Positions 23,086 through 34,374 are shown, numbered from the stretch's first letter. The stretch: 64,000 bases of DNA from an uncultured archaeon (GCA_964534625.1 CAZHRF010000001.1:1-64000), one strand, 5' to 3'. Translations and numbers: made by a program. The notes: generated by a model from the letters alone, not told the origin.

Positions 23086-25902
23086 TTGATTAACTCAAAG
23101 AGAAGATATAAATTGATATCAAAAAAATATAAAAACAATTCATCCGGAAATCATTCAATCATTGCATTACTCTGGAAATTATTTTGTGGTTTTTTGAGGT
23201 TCCTTTTACCATACATTAATTCGTTTTTAGTGGGTTTTTTTATTCTATTAGTATTATTTCCTTCTACAATTGACTATTTTCCTAAAAGTAACTTTAGAAA
23301 TGTTTTTCTCATTTTTAAAAGTATATTATCATTGAACTTAACCATGTATATATTTTCCTATGAGTGGATCCATTATTTTTGTATAACTATAGTTGTAATT
23401 TTATTTTTATTTTGTACTAAATTTTTACCATACAGGGTATGTATCAAAGATAATGTGTATTACCAGAAGAAAACTTTTTTCCCCTTATATCGCTCTTTTA
23501 GTATTATTGCCGTGAAATCTCCTTTAGACTCTTACTTTCTTAAAAATGATCGTTATGCAAAAACAATTCATCATGACTTTATTGAGCATCTCTCAAAAAA
23601 TCTATCAAAGTATAACTTATTGATTACTAAGATTCAATCTAACGATGGGTCTATATTTGGTTCTGATGTTCCTTTTTTTTTGGTTATACCAACGACAAGT
23701 TTTTTTAGACATAATCTCATTAAAAAAACAGAAGCCAATCTACTATTTGTAAAACACTCATTGAAAGTTTTCTACGATGCCACTTCGACCGTTTTAACAC
23801 CGGATGAAATTGACTGGTTCTTCAATTTTTTAAACAGTTATAAACACCGAACTGTATTTTCTCCATCATATAAAGAAACAAAGATCCCAAATTTGACTGA
23901 ACATATTTATTCATTATTTATAAATGAAACTATAGGCGATGCACAGTTTCTTTTCCATATTTCAAAAATAAATGAACATGACTATTATTTATGTGCTTCA
24001 TGTCTAACTAGTAACAAAGAAACTAGTACTAAAATATATGAAACCATTGGTTTTAAACACAAAAAAAATTATCATATCCCCTTCAATAGAATTCAAAACA
24101 TTCAAGCATTTTTTTCAACAGCGATCTCTAAAAAAACAAGATTTAAAATAAGTCTAAATAATTTAAGTAATTATATTCATATACCCAATGGATATCTTGG
24201 TACTATAATAAAAAGAAAAGAGTTTTTAAGTACAAGTTTGACTTCAGAAAAGGATAAAATAGTTCTAGGGAATACTACTGATAATTTATCTTTTCCTATT
24301 TGTTTAAAAAAAGAAGATTTACTTTTCAACATAGAAATTTATGGCATGGTTGGGCGCGGAAAGACTCAATTAGTTAGTCTGATTTTAAAACAACTAATTA
24401 GTATAGATGTAAATATGTTAATTTTTGATATCAAAGGAGAATATGCCAGAGAATATGTTCAAAATCCAAATGTAGAAATTTATACTATAGGGCGTCCAAA
24501 TCCCTTGTGTGTTAATGTTTTTGAGACTCAAGATGAAGACGATGTTCGTAGCACATTACTGATCTTAGAAGAAATGCTGAAAACATCTAATCAAGATTTT
24601 TCTCCTGCTATGAAAAATCTATTCGAAACTGCACTATTTTTAACACATAAAACTAAAAGAAGACATCTTAAAACGTTTATAGAAAATCTAATAGACGTCA
24701 CATCAAATCTCCGTATTCAAGGCAACAGTAATTATGTCCAACAGACATTAGATGCTGTTTTAAATCGGTTAAATTTTATTTTCAATCCTATAAATTTTGA
24801 TATATTTGGTGTTTCAAGAACCACTCTCGATTTTACTAAATTTGAAAATGGAAAAACTATAATATTGGATTTTTCAGAGTTCCAAAGGAGGGCAGCAAGA
24901 CCTTCTGATATATATCTCATTTGTAATATAATATTAAAAATGTTCTATAGATATGCAACGAGTAGAGGTGTGACAAATAAACTTAGATATCTAGTTGTAC
25001 TTGAAGAGGCGGTAAATATTATTCCTAGAATATATACGAATGAAAGTTCGGCTTCTTTAATAAGCTCAGAAAACAACTTTTTGTTGGGAAGAAACCTTGG
25101 AATTGGCCATATAACTATTTCACAAATGTGGGATAGCGTTAGTAAGATTGTTCATGGTAATTCTTCTACAAAAATTATTTTTAGAAGTAGTGAAAAAACC
25201 GATAAAATAGCTCGTGCATTGAATATTGGAGAAGATGAAATAAATAATTTACATAAATTACCAATTCAGCATTGTTATGTATTCAAAGACGGTTTTGAAA
25301 AAGCTTTGGAACTTAAAACAAATAATATTTCAACGAACTCTTACAATTACTCTAATTATCTCTCTCTACTAAGAAGAAAATATCCATCACGTCAATATCC
25401 CTTGTTGTATGAAAATTTTATTGAAATGCGAACATCACTTTATAAACAAGTAAATAAAATTCAGACTTTTGAAAAGGACAAATCTTCTCAATCGGACCAT
25501 TATCCTATAGAGCGAAATAAGAATGAAAATCTATCATCTGTTAATAGATCAATATATCATAATCAAAGTACTATTACTATAGATCAATTATATCAAGATG
25601 ATATTTGTAACCAATTATGCCAATTAAGTAATCATTCTGTTCACTGTTATAAGGGCAAATACATTGCTATGATGTTTGTTGGAGAACTTCAAAAAAGATA
25701 TAAGGATAAAGAATTACTAAATATAGTATTTAATTGCGACCTCTTTAATTCTGTTACTAGCCATGTAGAAAAAAATATTGGTATAAATATAGATCAACCA
25801 ATAAAATTTTGTATCATTCAAAACCTAATATTCGACTTACTAAAAAAAACGAATCTGTCTGAAAATAATGCAGTACAAATACTGAGAAAATATGTAGAAT
25901 AA
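23086..25902 (+). CDS. membrane-anchored HerA/VirB4-like ATPase (DUF87)
   Basis: N-terminal TM segments, Walker A GMVGRGKT, IFDIKGEY, Walker B VVLEEA, GRNLGIG..ISQ; exact start uncertain. Confidence 0.8.
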   Translation: MINSKRRYKLISKKYKNNSSGNHSIIALLWKLFCGFLRFLLPYINSFLVGFFILLVLFPSTIDYFPKSNFRNVFLIFKSILSLNLTMYIFSYEWIHYFCITIVVILFLFCTKFLPYRVCIKDNVYYQKKTFFPLYRSFSIIAVKSPLDSYFLKNDRYAKTIHHDFIEHLSKNLSKYNLLITKIQSNDGSIFGSDVPFFLVIPTTSFFRHNLIKKTEANLLFVKHSLKVFYDATSTVLTPDEIDWFFNFLNSYKHRTVFSPSYKETKIPNLTEHIYSLFINETIGDAQFLFHISKINEHDYYLCASCLTSNKETSTKIYETIGFKHKKNYHIPFNRIQNIQAFFSTAISKKTRFKISLNNLSNYIHIPNGYLGTIIKRKEFLSTSLTSEKDKIVLGNTTDNLSFPICLKKEDLLFNIEIYGMVGRGKTQLVSLILKQLISIDVNMLIFDIKGEYAREYVQNPNVEIYTIGRPNPLCVNVFETQDEDDVRSTLLILEEMLKTSNQDFSPAMKNLFETALFLTHKTKRRHLKTFIENLIDVTSNLRIQGNSNYVQQTLDAVLNRLNFIFNPINFDIFGVSRTTLDFTKFENGKTIILDFSEFQRRAARPSDIYLICNIILKMFYRYATSRGVTNKLRYLVVLEEAVNIIPRIYTNESSASLISSENNFLLGRNLGIGHITISQMWDSVSKIVHGNSSTKIIFRSSEKTDKIARALNIGEDEINNLHKLPIQHCYVFKDGFEKALELKTNNISTNSYNYSNYLSLLRRKYPSRQYPLLYENFIEMRTSLYKQVNKIQTFEKDKSSQSDHYPIERNKNENLSSVNRSIYHNQSTITIDQLYQDDICNQLCQLSNHSVHCYKGKYIAMMFVGELQKRYKDKELLNIVFNCDLFNSVTSHVEKNIGINIDQPIKFCIIQNLIFDLLKKTNLSENNAVQILRKYVE

Positions 25903-25995
25903 TTATTGTGATTACTTTCGACCATTGAATCTTTTCGAAACTTTTAAATTATAACTGAATACGATTGATTTAACTACAATAGATATAAAAATGTT

Positions 25996-26081
25996 GCCAG
26001 GATAGCCAAGCGGACTAAGGCGCTGGTCTTGAAAACCAGTTTTCTTTGAAAGCCGGGGTTCAAATCCCCGTCCTGGCTCCA
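25996..26081 (+). tRNA. tRNA-Ser(TGA)
   Basis: GCCAGGA/TCCTGGC acceptor stem, CTGGT-CTTGAAA-ACCAG, long variable arm, encoded CCA. Confidence 0.93.
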
Positions 26082-26113
26082 GTTCTATCTAAATATATAA
26101 GGAACTTATTCTT

Positions 26114-28198
26114 ATGATTGATCTACCAACATTTTACACAATAGGTATATCAGAAAAACCTCAAGCTGCAAGAAGGATTGCTTGGGCTTTGGATGAAAAA
26201 AATGATCCTCAGTTTTATCGTCTTAATGGTGTTCCAATCTATCAATGTGAGAGAGGAGGAAGAATAATTATTATCGTTCCTGCTGTTGGTCATCTATTCA
26301 CTCTTGATCAAATTGGGAAAACATGGAACTATCCAATCTTGGATTATGAATGGCTTCCTACTTATAAAAAATCTTCAAAATCTTATACAAAAAAATTCGT
26401 TGAAGTTTTTAAATTATTAGCTGAAGAAGCTAATGATGCAATAGTAATGACTGACTATGATAGGGAGGGTGAAGTAATTGGATACTTGATTTTAAAATAT
26501 CTTCTTAAGAAAAAAGTTGCGGAAAGAATGAAATTTTCAACTTTAACTAAACGCGATATAATAGATGCATATAAGAAAAAAGATCCATATTTAAACAAAG
26601 GACTATTAAATTCAGGGCTCATTAGACATTATGTAGATTGGCTTTTTGGCATAAATTATACAACAGCATTGAGTACATCACTAAAAAAAACCACAGATAA
26701 GTTTAAAACCATTTCAATCGGTCGCGTTCAAGGTCCAACTTTAGGGTTCGTTATTGATAAAGAGGAAGAAATTAATTTGTTTATGCCTACTCCTTATTGG
26801 AGGATTCATTCATCAGTACTTATTGATGGTGAGACCTATGAACCCATATATGAAAAAAAAGAAATAGAAACTAAAAATGCAGCGAATGAAATAGTAAATG
26901 ATTGCTTCAGATTGAAAGGTGTTGTTAATGAAATTACTGAAAAAAAGAATGTTCTCTATCCTTTCCCTCCTTATAATCTTAGCCACTTACAACGTGATGC
27001 GTATTTTTATCTTAAATACTCGCCAAGTAAAACTCTTGAATTAGCAGAAAAACTATATCTAAAAGCATTAATATCTTATCCTAGAACTGATAGTCAAAAA
27101 TTACCTATGAAACTAGGTCATAAAAAAATCTTAATAAAACTAAAAACGCAAAACGAATATTCAGATTTTATCTCGGAAATTTTAAAACGAAAAAAATTCA
27201 AGCCAATAGAAGGAAAAAAAACTGATGCTGCGCATCCCGCTATTCATCCAACTGGGAAAAAACCTAGTGCTACCCTATCTGAAGAAGAGAAGAAAATATA
27301 TGACATGATTATTAAAAAATATCTCTCTTTATTTGGTCCAAAGGCGATTCAAAGGGTAGTAAACTTCGAAATTATGATAGATTTTCATAAGTTTTCAATT
27401 GAAGGTAAAAAAATTACCACTAAAGGTTGGATAAAATATGCAACACCTTATGTTTTCTATACTGATACACCTATTCCCAATTTGGAACTAAAACAGATTA
27501 TAAAATTTGATCTTATAGAAAGTAAAGAAGAGTTTTCTGAACCACCCAGACGGTATAATGAATCTTCTCTTCTTCAAGAGATGGAAGCGAATGGACTTGG
27601 AACTAAAGCAACAAGAGCTTCTATTATTGAAACTTTATTTAAAAGGGGCTACATAGGAGGAGGTATTATTACTCCTACTGAATTGGGTATTGCAGTTGTT
27701 GATGTTCTTAAAATACATTATTCTATTATAGTGCAGACAAAAATGACAAAGAAGTTAGAAACATTGATGGAAGACATTAAAAACCGAGAAACAAATGTAG
27801 AAGAAGAAATATTAAGGATCAAGCAGGATTTGTTTAAAGATCTAAAATCCTTTCATGATAAAGAAACAGAAATTGGACTTTCACTCTATGAAAATATTAG
27901 AGAACTTGAGGAACATGACATTATTATCTTAGGTCAATGTCCAAGATGTAAAACTGGTAATTTAAGAGTTTTAAAATCTAAAAAGTCTGGAAAGTTATTC
28001 GTAGGTTGTAGTTCTTATTATGAATCAGATATTAAGTGTGAACTAACTTTTCCAGTACCTTATGGAACAAATTTCAAACCCACTAATGAAATTTGTCCTC
28101 ATGATAATTTACCATTAATCGAAAAGAGAAATAATGGAAATAAAAAGTTAGTATGTATCTCTCCTGATTGTGATTATTGTATTGATAGGAGTGATTAA
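26114..28198 (+). CDS. topA: DNA topoisomerase IA
   Basis: SEKP, AVGH, TDYDREGE, SIGRVQGPTL, catalytic ISYPRTDS, AHPAIHPT, C-terminal Zn ribbons. Confidence 0.96.
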   Translation: MIDLPTFYTIGISEKPQAARRIAWALDEKNDPQFYRLNGVPIYQCERGGRIIIIVPAVGHLFTLDQIGKTWNYPILDYEWLPTYKKSSKSYTKKFVEVFKLLAEEANDAIVMTDYDREGEVIGYLILKYLLKKKVAERMKFSTLTKRDIIDAYKKKDPYLNKGLLNSGLIRHYVDWLFGINYTTALSTSLKKTTDKFKTISIGRVQGPTLGFVIDKEEEINLFMPTPYWRIHSSVLIDGETYEPIYEKKEIETKNAANEIVNDCFRLKGVVNEITEKKNVLYPFPPYNLSHLQRDAYFYLKYSPSKTLELAEKLYLKALISYPRTDSQKLPMKLGHKKILIKLKTQNEYSDFISEILKRKKFKPIEGKKTDAAHPAIHPTGKKPSATLSEEEKKIYDMIIKKYLSLFGPKAIQRVVNFEIMIDFHKFSIEGKKITTKGWIKYATPYVFYTDTPIPNLELKQIIKFDLIESKEEFSEPPRRYNESSLLQEMEANGLGTKATRASIIETLFKRGYIGGGIITPTELGIAVVDVLKIHYSIIVQTKMTKKLETLMEDIKNRETNVEEEILRIKQDLFKDLKSFHDKETEIGLSLYENIRELEEHDIIILGQCPRCKTGNLRVLKSKKSGKLFVGCSSYYESDIKCELTFPVPYGTNFKPTNEICPHDNLPLIEKRNNGNKKLVCISPDCDYCIDRSD

Positions 28199-28199
28199 G

Positions 28200-28445
28200 A
28201 TGACGGAACTAGAAAAAAGAAAAAGATGTGTTATCTGTAATAGAAGAAAACTTAACCATTCAATATATTGTATTAAGCATTTTGATGCAAAAAAGATTTT
28301 GATGAAATATTATGAGCAATGGCAAAGAGCTTATGGAGTTTTATCTTGGGAATCTTATATTCAAAAAGTGCTAAAAATTGAAGATAAAGTAGGTATTTGG
28401 ATAATAGAAGTTATCAAACACGAATTATATTTCAAACCATCGTAA
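28200..28445 (+). CDS. small Zn-binding hypothetical protein
   Basis: CVIC...YCIKH; ATG 28200 directly after the topA stop, preceded by GGAGTG SD. Confidence 0.7.
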   Translation: MTELEKRKRCVICNRRKLNHSIYCIKHFDAKKILMKYYEQWQRAYGVLSWESYIQKVLKIEDKVGIWIIEVIKHELYFKPS

Positions 28446-28791
28446 TATCTAAAACGTTTATTAAAAAGTAATTATTGCGTATAAAATCATAATCAGACAA
28501 CACATAGGGAAACAAGATAAAAGGCAAAAAGTAGTACGAAATACTAATGGTTGATATTGTAAAGTATAGATTTTGGTGAAAATTTAGTACTTGCGAAATA
28601 GTGCTTTACTTGTATAATTTATGTGGTAGAATACGCTAAATACACTTTAAATGGATAGAACATTGAATATTTTCTTCATTTGGAAGTACTAAAATATAAC
28701 TATACAAGAAATTGAACCAATTGCTCGAGATCACATTAATTTTTACTATAAATTAATGTGATATATTTACTCTAGATCCTTCCTTAATAAT

Positions 28792-29061
28792 CTAAGAGAA
28801 AAGTGCAGTATGTATTTGATCCAATTCTGGTATTCCTTCAAGCATTACATCACCAACAATAATTGTTGGTAGTGATTTTATTGATTTTACTCTAGTATTA
28901 TGTTTTTGTTTTTTTTTATCTATGTGAATACTAGTATAAGTAAATAACCCTTTATACTGTTCAATAGCTTCTCTTAATCGTTCTTCTGCTAAAGTACAAT
29001 ATGGGCATTCACTTGAAGTATATAAAATGATTTTTTTCATTTTTTGTTCATTTATTTTCAC
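28792..29061 (-). CDS. glutaredoxin/thioredoxin-like protein
   Basis: CPYC active site, SLPT cis-Pro motif. Confidence 0.88.
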   Translation of the reverse strand: MKINEQKMKKIILYTSSECPYCTLAEERLREAIEQYKGLFTYTSIHIDKKKQKHNTRVKSIKSLPTIIVGDVMLEGIPELDQIHTALFS

Positions 29062-29135
29062 TTAACGTTCCTTAAAAAAATCATCAATAAAAACTGGACT
29101 CAAAACTTTCTTTTTTGTGTTAGTTTAGACTTGAT

Positions 29136-29396
29136 TTATATCTTACATCTACATGGATTAAAATGGCATTTTGGACAGTTTTTATTATATTTTTCTGTTG
29201 TGACCATCTGTGTATCAATTTCAAGCAAATTTGCCAGACTTAGTGTCCATGCTATAACATCTGCAATCTCTTCTTCTATTTTTCTTCTGTCCTTTAGTAA
29301 AAGTGCTTCTGATAGTTCTCCAATCTCTTCAATAAGTTTTAAAAAAGTTTTATATAAGCCTCTGTTTTTATCTTTTTCATAAAATAATTCCATCAT
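29136..29396 (-). CDS. MazG-like nucleotide pyrophosphohydrolase
   Basis: EEIGEL...EEIADV, C-terminal CPKC...C.C. Confidence 0.88.
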   Translation of the reverse strand: MMELFYEKDKNRGLYKTFLKLIEEIGELSEALLLKDRRKIEEEIADVIAWTLSLANLLEIDTQMVTTEKYNKNCPKCHFNPCRCKI

Positions 29397-29449
29397 GAGT
29401 TTTTGTAAGTTTTTTATTTATCTCACCCTCTGTAAAAACTCTTAAAATG

Positions 29450-29638
29450 TTATTGAAATGTTATTGTGATATTACCTACAAACACAGCTATGATTAGTAT
29501 AATGGCTGTAGCAACAACAAACCACGGACCTACTTTTACACCTGGTAAATCTTCGTCATAATACCTCATGAGCCCAGCACCTGTTGCTGGCATTGGACTT
29601 GATTCTTTTTTCTTTGTTCTTCTCCTTGACTTACTCAT
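29450..29638 (-). CDS. secG: preprotein translocase subunit Sec61beta
   Basis: GAGLMRYYDED...KVGP followed by a single TM helix. Confidence 0.92.
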   Translation of the reverse strand: MSKSRRRTKKKESSPMPATGAGLMRYYDEDLPGVKVGPWFVVATAIILIIAVFVGNITITFQ

Positions 29639-29715
29639 TTTTAACCATGTTCATCCTTTGAATATATATTTATATGGTTTTTCATAATCAATAAATTTTG
29701 TAAAAAAAATATTGT

Positions 29716-29792
29716 TGGCGATCCCGATGAGATTTGAACTCACGACCCCCAACTTAGAAGGCTGGTGCTCTATCCTGCTGAGCTACGGGATC
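29716..29792 (-). tRNA. tRNA-Arg(TCT)
   Basis: GATCCCG/CGGGATC, CCAGC-CTTCTAA-GTTGG, encoded CCA. Confidence 0.95.
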
Positions 29793-29913
29793 TATTTTCT
29801 CTTTTAACTTTACTTCAATCTTTTTGATTGCTATATTAAACTTTTTGATTCTAGGCTACTATTTTATTTCGAAAATTATATAATGATATGTTCTCTCTTC
29901 TTTTTGTATATTA

Positions 29914-31440
29914 ATGGATTCCTCTCAGATTTTAAAGAAATTATTCGCTGCTGGATATCAACTGACACCAGAGGCTTATGAATTTCTTGTATCGTTATCT
30001 TCTAAAAGAGTTATTATCGAAAGAATAATTAAATCTAAATCAGATTCTTTTTTACTAACAATAGACGAAATAAATAGTTTTAGAGAACAGGCAATAGATG
30101 AAAGTAATTCTAAAAAAAAGAATATTCTTGAAACAGAACAATCTCCGTTTAGCGAAGATAAAAAAACAAATCAATTCTCCAATTTGATATCAAATAAACA
30201 AGAAATAAATATTGAAATAATTTATTCACCAAATGCAGTTCCACCACCTCCTTCTACAACAAGTTTCCAAAAATATTTTACAAGTCGATATTTGCAAGTA
30301 TCATCATTATTTAAAGGAAGAAAAGATATTACAAACATTGTTGGATCTTCAAGCTTATTAAATAAAATCAAGATAAACTCTATGTCTTTTATTGGTCTGA
30401 TTAAATCAAAGACATTCACTCGGAAGGGATCTTTTATTCTTGAAATAGAAGATTTGGAAGGTTCGATTAAGGCATTGATTCCTTCTTCAAAACCTGATCT
30501 AATTCAACAATCCCATTATATCCTAAATGATTCGGTTCTCTGTTTTAAAGGTACCTGGTCTAAAGATATCTTGTTTGTGAATGAAATTAATTGGCCTGAT
30601 ATACCCTATACTCACAAACCCAATCGTTCTGATATTGATGTTTGTGCACTTTTTCTTTCTGACATACACATTGGTTCAAAGCAGTTTTCAAATGTTCTTT
30701 TTCAAAAAGTAATTGATTTCGTCAATGGAAAACTAAAAGATTCACAATATAGATCTGTAGGTGAAAAAATAAAATATATTTTTATTGCAGGTGATTTAGT
30801 TGAAGGTGTAGGTGTGTATCCAGGTCAAGAAAATGATTTAGTAGTAGATAATATTCATATGCAATATTTTTTGGCGAGTGAATTTATAGAGAAAATCAGA
30901 TCTGACATAGAAATTTTTGTTATACCGGGAAACCACGATGGTGCAAGATTTGCTGAACCCCAAACACCTATCTTGAGAGATTATGCTAATGAATTATATG
31001 AGTTGAAGAATGTACGTCTTTTAGGCAGTCCAGCTTATATTAAAGTTTCAGGAGTTGAAATTCTTATGAACCATGGAAATTCCATAATAGATATTAATGC
31101 TGCTATACCCAATATTAACCATGCAAGTTCAGTTCCTGCGATGGTTGAAATATTGCGCAATAGACATTTGGTTCCTATATATGGCCAAAGAACCCCAATT
31201 GCACCAGAAGCTGAGGATTCCTTATTCTTATCCCGAATACCTGATGTTTTTCATACAGGACATACTCATTTAGCTGCAGATGGGTATTATAAGGGAATAA
31301 CTCTGATAAATTCGGGAACATTTCAACTACAAACAGATTATCAAAAAAGTATGAATATAAATCCAAATACGGGTATTTCATACATTATGAACTTAAAGAC
31401 CCTCCAACGGACACGAATCGATTTTAACCAAATTATGTAA
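29914..31440 (+). CDS. polB: DNA polymerase D small subunit DP1
   Basis: OB fold plus phosphoesterase motifs SDIH, GDLVEG, PGNHD, NHG, HTGHTH. Confidence 0.95.
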   Translation: MDSSQILKKLFAAGYQLTPEAYEFLVSLSSKRVIIERIIKSKSDSFLLTIDEINSFREQAIDESNSKKKNILETEQSPFSEDKKTNQFSNLISNKQEINIEIIYSPNAVPPPPSTTSFQKYFTSRYLQVSSLFKGRKDITNIVGSSSLLNKIKINSMSFIGLIKSKTFTRKGSFILEIEDLEGSIKALIPSSKPDLIQQSHYILNDSVLCFKGTWSKDILFVNEINWPDIPYTHKPNRSDIDVCALFLSDIHIGSKQFSNVLFQKVIDFVNGKLKDSQYRSVGEKIKYIFIAGDLVEGVGVYPGQENDLVVDNIHMQYFLASEFIEKIRSDIEIFVIPGNHDGARFAEPQTPILRDYANELYELKNVRLLGSPAYIKVSGVEILMNHGNSIIDINAAIPNINHASSVPAMVEILRNRHLVPIYGQRTPIAPEAEDSLFLSRIPDVFHTGHTHLAADGYYKGITLINSGTFQLQTDYQKSMNINPNTGISYIMNLKTLQRTRIDFNQIM

Positions 31441-31489
31441 AATATCAACCCACAAAAAATAAATAATAAGTGTATAATATTTAACTAAG

Positions 31490-31912
31490 ATGAGACTTGA
31501 AAGAAAAATAGCAATAGCTTTAGCAAAAGAGTTGAAACGCATAACACAAAAAGCAAAATTAGAAGCATTGGCTGTTTTAACCGCAACAGGAGATAGAATT
31601 GCTTTTTATGCTGGTGACAAACGTGCTAATTCAACGGAACTCTCGGCAATAGGTGCTGCATTGGTTGCAGCAGCTCGTTTGGCATTAGAACGCTTAAATT
31701 TTTCACCTATTAATGATGTGATGGTTAGAGGTAAAAAGGGCTTTTTGATTTTGAAATCAATTGGTGACTTTCACTTGGTTGGTGGAACCAGTGACATTGA
31801 AGAGTTCAAATCGGCCATCTCTGTTCTATCACAACACGCACCAAAAATTGCAGATATCCTAACATATGTGAATATTGATGAAGATGGTGGAATTATTGTT
31901 GATACAGATTAA
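31490..31912 (+). CDS. roadblock/LC7 domain protein
   Basis: AVLTATG...ELSAIGAAL...VMVRGKKG pattern. Confidence 0.85.
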   Translation: MRLERKIAIALAKELKRITQKAKLEALAVLTATGDRIAFYAGDKRANSTELSAIGAALVAAARLALERLNFSPINDVMVRGKKGFLILKSIGDFHLVGGTSDIEEFKSAISVLSQHAPKIADILTYVNIDEDGGIIVDTD

Positions 31913-32115
31913 GTCTAAAGGCTACTTTTAGCCTTTTATGTATGTTGTTCTTCTATTATGATAAGTTTTGGATATTATCAGAATTACATTCTAGATTGTA
32001 CTAAAAACGTTTTTTGTATTTTCTTTCCATAAGTAATCTTTTTAAATATCCGTAATTAGACATCACTAAAGTAAAATCTATTATATTAGGATAGATTACA
32101 ATAGGTGAATGATGC

Positions 32116-34374
32116 GTGTCTGGTAGAACTGAAATGTCTGGTATATTCGGTAACTTTTGGGAAAAAGTCGTTGATCATTTTGAAGACTATGAAATTGATA
32201 AAGAATTTTTATTACACAAACTTGCTCTAATTTGTATACTAACTGCAGGTATCATTATTCGACTTTTTTCTTTAATCAAGGGTTATGATATTATTATTAA
32301 AGCATTTGATCCCTATGTTCAATTTATAAGTGCCAACTATATTGAACGGAATGGTTTTATAGATTTTGTTCATTGGGTAAAAAATGATTCTTGGTATCCT
32401 TTTGGGTTCCATATAGGTAGGGAATTGTATTGGGGCGTACCTATTAGTGCTATTGTTCTCCATTGGTTTCTTAATCTTCTTACTTTTAATGTAACAATGC
32501 AACAAGTTGCATATTTTATTCCCGTTATTTATGGTGGATTAACAATTATTGCCTCTTATTATTTGGGAAAAGAAACGATCAGTTCGAGAGCTGGACTGTT
32601 GACTGCACTATTTATGTCTATACTTCCCTCTTATGCCTCCCGTAGTGTAGCTGGCTTTTTTGATAATGAATATATTGGAATACTTTTTGTTGTATTGTCT
32701 TTATACTTCTTTTTGCGTGCCCTAAAAAGAGATGATACCTTATCAGCATTTTTAGCTGGCATATGCTTAGCTGTGCTTATGGGCAGTTGGGGTGCATATA
32801 GATATGTGCTTGATTTACTGCCTCTTTGTGTGTTGTTCTTACTTTTATCGAGAAAAGTGACTTATAATCTAATAAAAACTTATACTATTACTAATTTTGT
32901 TGCTATAAGTTTGGGATTTATTGTTAAAAGAGTTATTATGAATAAATTCTTTGGTATAGAAGTAATGATACCCATTTTAATGATAGCTTTGTTAATCTTT
33001 GTTGGGATAATACAAAATATATCAAGAAGTTTGCCTGAAAAAACATTCAAACAAGTACTTCTGATAGGGGCAATAAGTTCAATTTTATTACTTAGTATCA
33101 TTGTGGGTGTGTTACTTTCTGTTGGTATATTTGATAACATAGCTGCCAAATTCTGGGCTGTGATTATTCCACGGGGTAGGGTAGATATACCTATTATTAA
33201 TTCAGTGAGTGAGCACCAACCTATGCCTTGGGGTTCACTATTCAGAAACTTCCACATACTAACATTTTTCATGCCGTTAGGGATATATTATTGTTTAAAA
33301 AAGCCAACTGATGTTAATATATTTATTCTAGTTTTTGGTGTTTCTGCTATCTATTTCACTGGATCTATGATACGGTTGGTCTTACTTTTAGCACCCGCTG
33401 CATCATTATTAAGTGCATTAGCTATAGATAGGATACTATACCCTTATTCGTTGAGTGCTCATGGAAAAATAGCTTTAACTCGAAGGAAAGTACGTATTTC
33501 CAAATCAATAGGGCGGGATGAAGCAATGATTGCCTATATTGTGATATCCTTACTCTTGTTGACTTTTGTCTTCCACTGTGTAAAAATCTCTGAAGGTTAT
33601 GCTGCACCGGAGATGGCACCGCCGTCACCATATGGGAATTCTGTACCTATGACTGATTGGCAAGATGCATTAGCTTGGTTAAGAGAAAATGCTCAAGGAC
33701 CTGGTGTTATTCCTAATAGCCCTTCTGTTGTTTTGAGTTGGTGGGATTATGGTTATTGGATAACCAATTATGGTAATGCTACTACTCTAGTAGATAATGC
33801 TACGACAAACAAAACGCAGATTGGTACTGTGGGTACTATGCTTATGTGGAACCTCACCGAATCTATACGGTTAATGTATAGATATAATGTCAAATACGTG
33901 TTGGTCAATAGTCAAGCTGGTGTTACTTGGTTGGGTTCTGATCTAGGAAAATCTGCTTGGTGTATCCGTATTGCAGAAGCCGATGTCCCTCATTATGGGA
34001 TTAAAGAATCTGATTACATTGTAGAAGAAAGTGATGGGAGGCGCATTTATGCGAAACCTTTCTATGAATCAGTTCTATATAGATTATCGGCATATGACAA
34101 AGACACTGGTTTTGCATTTGACGGGCAGTATGGGCCCACAGGCCAAAATGCTCCATCTATATTTGCAAAAGCATCAGATTATCCTGTTAAAGATTTAAAA
34201 GGGCCTGATGGTCATATATACTTTACTGAGGTTTATAGAAGTTACGGATTGGGAACTGACTCCGCAGGTACAGGAAGAGCCTTTCCGGGTGTGCGTATTT
34301 ATGAAGTTATTTATCCTCCAAATATAGCCCAATTAGCAGCTGAACTTGATATGTTATATCCTAAAAATGGATAA
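32116..34374 (+). CDS. aglB: oligosaccharyltransferase catalytic subunit STT3/AglB
   Basis: FDPY, FFDNE, SVSEHQP, WWDYG, DNAT, DLGK; multi-TM. Confidence 0.96.
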   Translation: MSGRTEMSGIFGNFWEKVVDHFEDYEIDKEFLLHKLALICILTAGIIIRLFSLIKGYDIIIKAFDPYVQFISANYIERNGFIDFVHWVKNDSWYPFGFHIGRELYWGVPISAIVLHWFLNLLTFNVTMQQVAYFIPVIYGGLTIIASYYLGKETISSRAGLLTALFMSILPSYASRSVAGFFDNEYIGILFVVLSLYFFLRALKRDDTLSAFLAGICLAVLMGSWGAYRYVLDLLPLCVLFLLLSRKVTYNLIKTYTITNFVAISLGFIVKRVIMNKFFGIEVMIPILMIALLIFVGIIQNISRSLPEKTFKQVLLIGAISSILLLSIIVGVLLSVGIFDNIAAKFWAVIIPRGRVDIPIINSVSEHQPMPWGSLFRNFHILTFFMPLGIYYCLKKPTDVNIFILVFGVSAIYFTGSMIRLVLLLAPAASLLSALAIDRILYPYSLSAHGKIALTRRKVRISKSIGRDEAMIAYIVISLLLLTFVFHCVKISEGYAAPEMAPPSPYGNSVPMTDWQDALAWLRENAQGPGVIPNSPSVVLSWWDYGYWITNYGNATTLVDNATTNKTQIGTVGTMLMWNLTESIRLMYRYNVKYVLVNSQAGVTWLGSDLGKSAWCIRIAEADVPHYGIKESDYIVEESDGRRIYAKPFYESVLYRLSAYDKDTGFAFDGQYGPTGQNAPSIFAKASDYPVKDLKGPDGHIYFTEVYRSYGLGTDSAGTGRAFPGVRIYEVIYPPNIAQLAAELDMLYPKNG

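Noticed and set aside
23086-26081. Integrated element at tRNA-Ser
   Set aside because: No integrase and no duplicated tRNA 3' end (att site) seen
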